NCBI GenBank assembly: GCA_029762535.1 | Contig: JARVGK010000049.1 | Coordinates: 1 to 12,618 of the forward strand | Direction of reading: 5' to 3' | Length of the DNA stretch: 12,618 bases | From: Thermoplasmatota archaeon | GTDB taxonomy: Archaea > Thermoplasmatota > Penumbrarchaeia > Penumbrarchaeales > Penumbrarchaeaceae | Part shown: piece by piece, positions 6,500 to 12,618 of the stretch | How the letters are laid out: each line of letters opens with the position of its first letter | Position numbering within the stretch: the stretch's first letter is position 1 | The notes under the pieces: generated by a model | Databases searched by the model: none | What the model was told of the DNA's origin: nothing | The model's input: the letters and a program-made list of their open reading frames with translations, nothing else | Made by a program: the position numbers and the translations under genes

Positions 6500-9400
6500 G
6501 TGAACAGATCCGATCCCATGTCCACATTCGTGCCCCTTTTTATTATCGCGATACTTTCGATCATGCCCCTATATGCTATGAGCATCGAGTACGGATATCC
6601 CTCCGGCGTTGAGGAAGGCAGGTCGCTTTCAGGTATATATTGGCCCAATATCGGCAGGGACCACAATCACAGGTCACAGGGGATCCCCGCATCAAGGGGT
6701 ATAAGGGACCCTGTGATAAAATGGGACCAGTCAGCGAACCAAACATCCCCTGCGTCCGCAGGGGCAGAGTTCACAGGCAATGTGGTATTCTCCGGGACGA
6801 CCCCCGTTAAAGTGTTCGGTATCGCCTCGTCTAACGCCACTCACCTGATGCTCAGGGACGGTGAGAGCGGGGAACTGATGTGGAGCGTGGACGTCCGCAG
6901 GGTCGAGGGAAGGTCCACCAACAGGCTCTTCGTGTCCCCTACGATAGTGAATACCGACAGCGATCAGAGTCTGGAGATACTCGTCTGTATCTCCGATGGT
7001 AACCTCTATCAGGCCGTTCTCTACGAGCCCCGTATAACTCTCAACGCCACGGGATACTCCCACGACGAGGACGCCTTCTACAACGATAGGGTTTGGATCT
7101 CCGATCCCGGGTCCCTCGGCGCGGTCCGATTCTCCTCACCCGTCCCATATGATCTGACAGGGGACGGGGTCGAGGACATACTCTTCGGCGCTGGCAACTA
7201 CCTTGTATGCCTCAACGGCGTCAACGGGTCACTGTTATGGCATAGGGAGATAGGTCCTTTCGGAGAGGTCCTATCCGCACCCGCGGTGCTGGTGGGCACC
7301 GGGATGACGAGCCGTATCGCGATCAACTCGCTGAATTCTGCAAGGACCGTTCTGAGGACGACGCTCGTGAACTTCAACGGCCTTCACCTGAACAACATCA
7401 CATACAGCTTGACCACCCCACACCCGGGTCCGGTGCCGATGCCTTCCATAGGGGACCTGACCGGAGACGGTTTCATGGAGATAGTCGTGAACTATCCTTC
7501 GGTCACGGGTCTGGGTAGGATAAGGGTATTCACCTACACATTATCGCTGCTCACGACCATCTCTTCGATATCGGGTTCCCTTGAGACATCCTCGTCCCTC
7601 GCGGATATGGATGACGATTCCGTTATGGAGATAGTGGTCCATTCCAGGGTCTATACCACGAGGGCGCTCATCAGGATGTATTGCTTCGAGATCTACCAGT
7701 CGGGGGCCGACTGGCTCTCCAGAAGCCTATGGTCGGTGGATTCGACAACGTTGGCTGGCTCTCTGTACTCTCCCCCGCTAATATGCGACATGAACGAGGA
7801 TTCCCTGCCCGATGCCGTCTTTTTCGCATCCGGGTGGGCCTACTGCATGACCAACACGGGGGATGTGTTATGGAACCTGTCTGCCGGGGACCATAACTTC
7901 CAGACAGCCGGTATCGTCGGGGACCTGGGAAGGGACCAGTTCACGGACATTTTCATCGACGGGATCATGATATCCCAGAGGGTAGTTGACCTCTTCGTTG
8001 CCCAGCCCTGGTCCTCCAACCTGCTGATATCCGATCCGGAGCCTGTTGAGGGACGTGAGCTGACCATAAGCTGTATTCTGACCAATGACGGATACTCACC
8101 CGCCCGCAACGTGGTCGTGGAGTACAGGAACGTGTTCAAGGGGGACCCCTATCTGATAGGCAGGGACGTGGTCCCTGAAGTTGTGCAGACTCGGGAATCC
8201 ACCATGACCTGGATCCCGCCAGTGGACGGAACCCATGAAGTGTTGGTCATAATCGACCCCGATGACAATATCACCGAGACCGATGAGGCCAACAACATGG
8301 CCAACATCGAGATTCAGGTGGGAAGGTCGCTTCCTGACATCGAGACCACGGGGATGGTATTCAAACGGGCGGACGGGGTCGAAGCCGACGGGACGCTGAA
8401 GAACATCGTGGACGGCGATCCCTCGACCATCGAGGTTGAGGTGAGGAATATTGGATACAGGAGGAGCGGTCCGTTCAACCTCACTCTGTTCATCGATGGA
8501 ACAATGGCGGACACCACCCCCATTGAGGACCTTCCAGGTGGCGGTCAAAGGACCCTCATTTTCCATTGGACGCCGGATATGCCTTCGGGTGGAGAGGTCA
8601 TCGTGACGGCGTTCTCGGACATAGAGCGTTCCCTCACAGAGGTCTCCACGGATAACAATGAGCTATCTGAGAACGTTACCGTCAAATCAAAGGAGCCGAT
8701 CTCGGACACCTACAGGATAATTGGGGCCGTGAGGGACACCGAGGGGGCCCTCGTCAATGAGGCTATAGTGACCCTTATATGCAACAGGACAGGGAGGTCC
8801 GTCTCCACAAGCACCGTATCCGGTTCGTATGTGATCGATCCCTCTGACCTGGATTCAGGTTATGAGGACGGTGACGAGATGGAGATAAGGGCCACCTCCC
8901 ATGCATTGTGGGGCGCAGCCTACTTCAGGGTATATTCCCAGGACGGGGGAAAGGCGGTAAATATCAATCTAACGGACGTCCCCACACTTATGCTGGACAT
9001 GTTGCCCGTTACGGATACGAACATGTCGGTGAGGCCCGGTCACTCCGAGACGGCGACGGTAAGGTGCATAAACAGCGGGAACATAGAAGGTCAGGTCTCG
9101 ATCGCCCTTGAGCTCAATCCTTTGAGCACGAACACCTCCTCGTCCGATTGGATAGTTTCGGCAAGCCCTTCATCGTTCCTGCTCGCTCCGGGATCCGCTA
9201 GGGATGTGGATGTCCTTGTCATCGTACCTGACGAAGCCGCCCCTATGGACACGGCCGAGATCATGGTGATAGCTCTCATGAACGGCACTGAGATGGCCGC
9301 GATAGACTTCACTTTGACCGTCCAGAGGCTCGCGAGCCTACTGATAGATATGACGTCCCCAACGGATATCACGATCGACCCCAACGAGGGAAGGTCGCAT

Positions 9401-10636
9401 ACGATCGCCCTCTTCGTCGAGAACACTGGTAATGTGGATGCGGACTACGCCCTCTCCCTTACGGGGCCGATCTCTGCCAGTTCGGTCATCACGGACGGCA
9501 GCGCGGTGCTCGCCCCGGGCGAATACAGGGAACCTGTGGTGACGATTACGGTGGAGGGCAACTCTCCTGATTCCTTTTCCGGCACACTATCATTGACATC
9601 GGAGGAGGCATCGATCGAACAAGAATGGATGGTCACGGTGGAGGTGGTGCTGCCGAATGTTCGAACTGATGGCGATATAAAGGCCGACCCACCTGGCCGG
9701 ATATTGGGAGAGGAGATCAAGCTTTCTGTGGATATATCGAACAGCGGAAGAGCGGACATATCACTCCTTGAATACGAATTCAGGGTGAACGGCGTGTCCC
9801 TGGGCAGGCAGGTCGCTCGCGATCTGGTCGCAGGTCAGAGCGCTGTGATCGTGAGCTACTGGACCCCCTCCACGAAAGGGGAACATGTGGTCGTGATCGA
9901 CCTTGATCCTGATAACGAGCTTATAGAGATCGATAAGGAGGACAATACCCGGAGCAGGACGCTCACCTTCCTGCCGGACCTCATAATAAAGACTTTGACG
10001 CCATCGACATTGACGCCCGGGAAGGGCGAGAGCATGGTTTTCAATATCGAGATAGAGAACAGGGGAACCGCCAGGTCGGATGGGTTCGTCATATCGGTGA
10101 TGCTGGGATCCGAATCGGGACCCCCCTTGCTTATGAGAACATACACCCGCGCTGTGGAGCCCACCGCCTCGGGTTCCGAGAACTTCGTTCTGGATATCGT
10201 TGCCCCCTCATCAACTGGTAGGCAGACGCTCTACTTCAAGGTCGGCGTGCCTGAGGGAGATTCCGAACTCGACATCACGAACAATGTCCAATCCATAGAG
10301 ATAGATGTGAAGGACGATGATGGGGAGATACCTATCGTCATGTATGTGATGGGCGGAATTTTACTGTTCCTGATCATCGCTGCCGCCGTGGCCTTCATCC
10401 TTATCAAAAAAGGCGTGATCCTTCGTGAGGACGATGCGGAGCCTCTGGAAGGCCCCCGGATCCCTGAGGAGATATCCGAGGATATACTTGCCGATGAACC
10501 CGCCCTCGAGATGAAGATCGAGGAGCTCATCGAGGAAGGGCCTGAGGAGCCTGTCGATGCGGAGGTCATCGTGGCGGAGCCGGTAGGAGAAGAGGAGCCA
10601 TCCGATGAGGAAGAGGGTATGATCCCGGAAGTATGA
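6500..10636 (+). CDS. Large membrane-anchored cell-surface protein: FG-GAP/VCBS-like beta-propeller, multiple CARDB/Ig-like domains, C-terminal TM helix and acidic tail
   Basis: GTG start 7 nt after GAGGTG. Signal-like FVPLFIIAILSIMPLYA. WPNIGRDHNH propeller-closing motif. Ca-binding loops VNTDSDQSLEILV, YDLTGDGVEDILFG, GDLTGDGFMEIVV, ADMDDDSVMEIVV, CDMNEDSLPDAVF, GDLGRDQFTDIFI. CARDB ends IDPDDNITETDEANN, EVSTDNN, LDPDNELIEIDKEDN, ELDITNN. IIGAVRDTEGALVNEAIVTL resembles a carboxypeptidase-regulatory-like domain. TM helix at about 10328-10405. Confidence 0.92.
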   Translation: MNRSDPMSTFVPLFIIAILSIMPLYAMSIEYGYPSGVEEGRSLSGIYWPNIGRDHNHRSQGIPASRGIRDPVIKWDQSANQTSPASAGAEFTGNVVFSGTTPVKVFGIASSNATHLMLRDGESGELMWSVDVRRVEGRSTNRLFVSPTIVNTDSDQSLEILVCISDGNLYQAVLYEPRITLNATGYSHDEDAFYNDRVWISDPGSLGAVRFSSPVPYDLTGDGVEDILFGAGNYLVCLNGVNGSLLWHREIGPFGEVLSAPAVLVGTGMTSRIAINSLNSARTVLRTTLVNFNGLHLNNITYSLTTPHPGPVPMPSIGDLTGDGFMEIVVNYPSVTGLGRIRVFTYTLSLLTTISSISGSLETSSSLADMDDDSVMEIVVHSRVYTTRALIRMYCFEIYQSGADWLSRSLWSVDSTTLAGSLYSPPLICDMNEDSLPDAVFFASGWAYCMTNTGDVLWNLSAGDHNFQTAGIVGDLGRDQFTDIFIDGIMISQRVVDLFVAQPWSSNLLISDPEPVEGRELTISCILTNDGYSPARNVVVEYRNVFKGDPYLIGRDVVPEVVQTRESTMTWIPPVDGTHEVLVIIDPDDNITETDEANNMANIEIQVGRSLPDIETTGMVFKRADGVEADGTLKNIVDGDPSTIEVEVRNIGYRRSGPFNLTLFIDGTMADTTPIEDLPGGGQRTLIFHWTPDMPSGGEVIVTAFSDIERSLTEVSTDNNELSENVTVKSKEPISDTYRIIGAVRDTEGALVNEAIVTLICNRTGRSVSTSTVSGSYVIDPSDLDSGYEDGDEMEIRATSHALWGAAYFRVYSQDGGKAVNINLTDVPTLMLDMLPVTDTNMSVRPGHSETATVRCINSGNIEGQVSIALELNPLSTNTSSSDWIVSASPSSFLLAPGSARDVDVLVIVPDEAAPMDTAEIMVIALMNGTEMAAIDFTLTVQRLASLLIDMTSPTDITIDPNEGRSHTIALFVENTGNVDADYALSLTGPISASSVITDGSAVLAPGEYREPVVTITVEGNSPDSFSGTLSLTSEEASIEQEWMVTVEVVLPNVRTDGDIKADPPGRILGEEIKLSVDISNSGRADISLLEYEFRVNGVSLGRQVARDLVAGQSAVIVSYWTPSTKGEHVVVIDLDPDNELIEIDKEDNTRSRTLTFLPDLIIKTLTPSTLTPGKGESMVFNIEIENRGTARSDGFVISVMLGSESGPPLLMRTYTRAVEPTASGSENFVLDIVAPSSTGRQTLYFKVGVPEGDSELDITNNVQSIEIDVKDDDGEIPIVMYVMGGILLFLIIAAAVAFILIKKGVILREDDAEPLEGPRIPEEISEDILADEPALEMKIEELIEEGPEEPVDAEVIVAEPVGEEEPSDEEEGMIPEV

Positions 10637-11343
10637 GCGTCGATTCGATAGAAATAATACGGTTCGTGCGTTCTCTACTTTCGATGATGGACCTCAAGAT
10701 CCTGCGTCTGAACTACAATCCACCAAACGTGCTTGAGCTGGGTTACGGTGAGATATTCAGGAGCATGGACGAGGTGATCATCCTCACATCGCTGATGCAG
10801 ACCTTCGATAGGTTCATGCTCGTATGCGAGGTGACGTGGAAGCATGAACCAGACATGGAAAACGTTAAGGAACTCAAGCTCGTCGAGAGCGCGGAGGAGA
10901 TCTCCAGGGACGGCATGAGATCGCTTATGATGGTATCAGGCGTCTTCCCCGACCCATACAAGCAGATAATCCGGGAGTTCTTCGATACCTTCAACTGCTT
11001 CATAGAGTTCCCGGCCAGATTCACAATGGATACGATGACCGGATCGATCGTGGGGACCCAGGAGAATATAAACCTGTTCCTGGAGTTCGCGTCCACATGG
11101 GGCGCCAGGTACCAGATCCTTTCCATACAGAAGTACGAGCCCAGGGTAGAGACGCTTCTGGCGGGGTTGACCCCCAAGCAGTACTCATGCCTCGAGGCAG
11201 CGGTCAGGGAGGGTTTCTTCGATATACCCAGAAAGGCGGATTCAAGGGAGCTCGCGTCCAAGTTAGGGATAGCTCATACCACCCTGCTGGAACATATCAA
11301 GAAAGGCGAGCGCTCGATCCTCCGAAAGCTTTTCAGGGTTTAG
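10633..11343 (+). CDS. Transcriptional regulator with C-terminal HTH_10 (bacterio-opsin activator-type HTH) domain
   Basis: LTPKQYSCLEAAVREGFFDIPRKADSRELASKLGIAHTTLLEHIKKGERSILRKLF fits the HTH_10 pattern (LTxxQ...AxxxGYFxxPR...ELAxxLGI...EHLRxAE). The start overlaps the upstream stop (ATGA). Confidence 0.9.
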   Translation: MSVDSIEIIRFVRSLLSMMDLKILRLNYNPPNVLELGYGEIFRSMDEVIILTSLMQTFDRFMLVCEVTWKHEPDMENVKELKLVESAEEISRDGMRSLMMVSGVFPDPYKQIIREFFDTFNCFIEFPARFTMDTMTGSIVGTQENINLFLEFASTWGARYQILSIQKYEPRVETLLAGLTPKQYSCLEAAVREGFFDIPRKADSRELASKLGIAHTTLLEHIKKGERSILRKLFRV

Positions 11344-11353
11344 ATAAGGATTC

Positions 11354-11369
11354 GGGAAATATTATATAT
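11354..11369 (+). promoter_or_regulatory. BRE/TATA promoter, probably for a leaderless transcript
   Basis: GGGAAA (11354-11359) then TTATATA (11362-11368), 23-26 nt before GTG 11392/ATG 11395. No RBS is present. Confidence 0.6.
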
Positions 11370-11391
11370 CATCGCCATCGATGCTCCGGTC

Positions 11392-11982
11392 GTGATGCTG
11401 GATATCGCCCTTCCGACCCTGGCAATACCACTCGTTGTGATAATAGGGCTTATACTCGTCGTCATCGGAAGGGAGACGCTGGAAGTTATGTCCTTCGCCA
11501 TTGGAGCCTTGGGTGGAGGAATACTCGCCTACATGATCCTCAACGGCTTCCTATATCTATATGAGATCCCGATCTACGTGGAGATCCCCGTGGCCGTGCT
11601 CTTCATATTCGGCGGAGGGATGCTCGGTAGGGGGGCGATGGCGACGATCATCGCCTTGGTGGCCTCACTGGTCTTCCTCGATGTGATACATGCGATGTTG
11701 GGAGACGATATGCTACTTGTCACGATACTTATTTCCATATTCATATTCGTTGTTATGATCGCCCTGATACAGAAATATCTGGCAGTGTTCTCCGCCTTCA
11801 TCGGAGGGAGCCTGATCGCCATAGCGTTCAACGGTTTGCCAATCGAGGACGTGATGATCATCAGGGTGGTCCAGCTATCCATTGCGCTTATTTTTTGCGC
11901 TATCGGGGGAATAGTCCAGTACAGGATCAAGAAGTGGAAGGACACCAGGGGGGAAGAGATCGTCTGGGTGCCTTCAGGCTGA
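11392..11982 (+). CDS. Polytopic membrane protein (about 7 hydrophobic helices), DUF4203/TMEM198-TM7S3-like
   Basis: Almost wholly hydrophobic. GLILVVIGRETLEVMSFAIGALGGG, SAFIGGSLI and GGIVQY resemble DUF4203 conserved blocks. The start could be ATG 11395. Confidence 0.75.
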   Translation: MMLDIALPTLAIPLVVIIGLILVVIGRETLEVMSFAIGALGGGILAYMILNGFLYLYEIPIYVEIPVAVLFIFGGGMLGRGAMATIIALVASLVFLDVIHAMLGDDMLLVTILISIFIFVVMIALIQKYLAVFSAFIGGSLIAIAFNGLPIEDVMIIRVVQLSIALIFCAIGGIVQYRIKKWKDTRGEEIVWVPSG

Positions 11983-12471
11983 CGTTCTCTTTGGTCCGCT
12001 CAGTCTCTTGATCTCCTCCGCCACGGACCTCTCGAACCTTTTCCAGCCGATGACCACCTGATGGACGGAGAACCTCGGATCGTCGATGAGCGTCTGGAGA
12101 TCGTCCAGCTCATCGAAGAGTTCCCCTTTTACCTTGAACTTCTGGCTGAGGAGCAGAAGCTTCAGCCTTGCGTTCTGTATCTCCTGGCGTATGAAGAAGC
12201 GGAAGAACAGCTCGGTCATATCCACCTTGACGTTGCCCTCTTCGATGTCCTGGGAGATCCTCTTGATCTCCTCCATATCCTCCTCCTGATCGAGGTACAG
12301 GGCCCTGAGGGCGCTCATCACCTGGAAGAAATCCCCCCGGACCTCAAGGTATGGGTTCGCCTCCGATGCCCTCGCCTCGTTGGCGAGGAGAGTGATGTCC
12401 TTCTCCAGGCGAGAGATCCTCTCCTTGAGAGAGGAGATCTCGGATGGGTCCATGCTATTTCCTTCTTCCAT
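11974..12471 (-). CDS. Hypothetical all-helical protein with short N-terminal coiled coil
   Basis: Protein-like composition and host-like codon usage. EISSLKERISRLEKDITLLANE heptads. TTAATAT on the minus strand at 12494-12500. No family recognised. Alternative start at 12453. Confidence 0.75.
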   Translation of the reverse strand: MEEGNSMDPSEISSLKERISRLEKDITLLANEARASEANPYLEVRGDFFQVMSALRALYLDQEEDMEEIKRISQDIEEGNVKVDMTELFFRFFIRQEIQNARLKLLLLSQKFKVKGELFDELDDLQTLIDDPRFSVHQVVIGWKRFERSVAEEIKRLSGPKRTSA

Positions 12472-12507
12472 CTCCTCCCATATCTATCTCTGGATATTAA
12501 CGATTTA

Positions 12508-12580
12508 CTTCGAGCCCACAGGCTCGAAGGGTTTATAGGGCTCATGCCATCCACCAGGCTATCTTCCCCGAAGATAGCCT
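12508..12580. repeat. Two perfect inverted repeats (9 bp and 11 bp stems)
   Basis: CTTCGAGCC-caca-GGCTCGAAG (12508-12529) and AGGCTATCTTC-ccc-GAAGATAGCCT (12556-12580). Confidence 0.75.
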
Positions 12581-12618
12581 CCGGCAGAACGTTCCTCCTG
12601 TGTCCTTCGGACCCAGTC

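Noticed and set aside
6025-6666. 213-aa minus-strand ORF spanning the divergent promoter
   Set aside because: Overlaps two better-supported genes and their promoter/RBS signals, and has non-protein-like composition.
12530-12618. Minus-strand frame reading SEGHRRNVL (CAP-domain-like) and plus-strand ATG at 12544
   Set aside because: The downstream CAP motif is absent and the frame runs into the next gene. The plus ORF lacks an RBS or suitably spaced TATA box. Too little sequence to call.

Overview
Gene-dense archaeal chromosomal segment. TATA-box promoters, GGAGG/GAGGTG ribosome-binding sites, frequent AGG/ATA codons and the gene content suggest a Thermoplasmatota-like archaeon (inference). 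The core is an intact three-gene oapABC/arvABC cluster (3788-5613): a small GTPase, a DUF2073 protein and a DUF2072 Zn-ribbon protein. The Haloferax homologs lie beside oriC1 and have been linked to extracellular vesicle formation. No orc1/cdc6 or convincing origin is visible here. Instead the cluster lies between two >1100-aa single-pass cell-surface proteins with long acidic cytoplasmic tails: a NIDO-like/FN3/Ig/PKD/TSP3-type protein and an FG-GAP propeller/CARDB protein. It also converges on a coiled-coil plus helix-hairpin-helix gene. Downstream are an HTH_10 regulator coupled to the second surface gene, a DUF4203-like membrane protein and a helical hypothetical protein. Several intergenic inverted repeats are present. 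No tRNA, rRNA, CRISPR array or mobile element was seen. All family assignments come from motif recognition by eye, not database searches.
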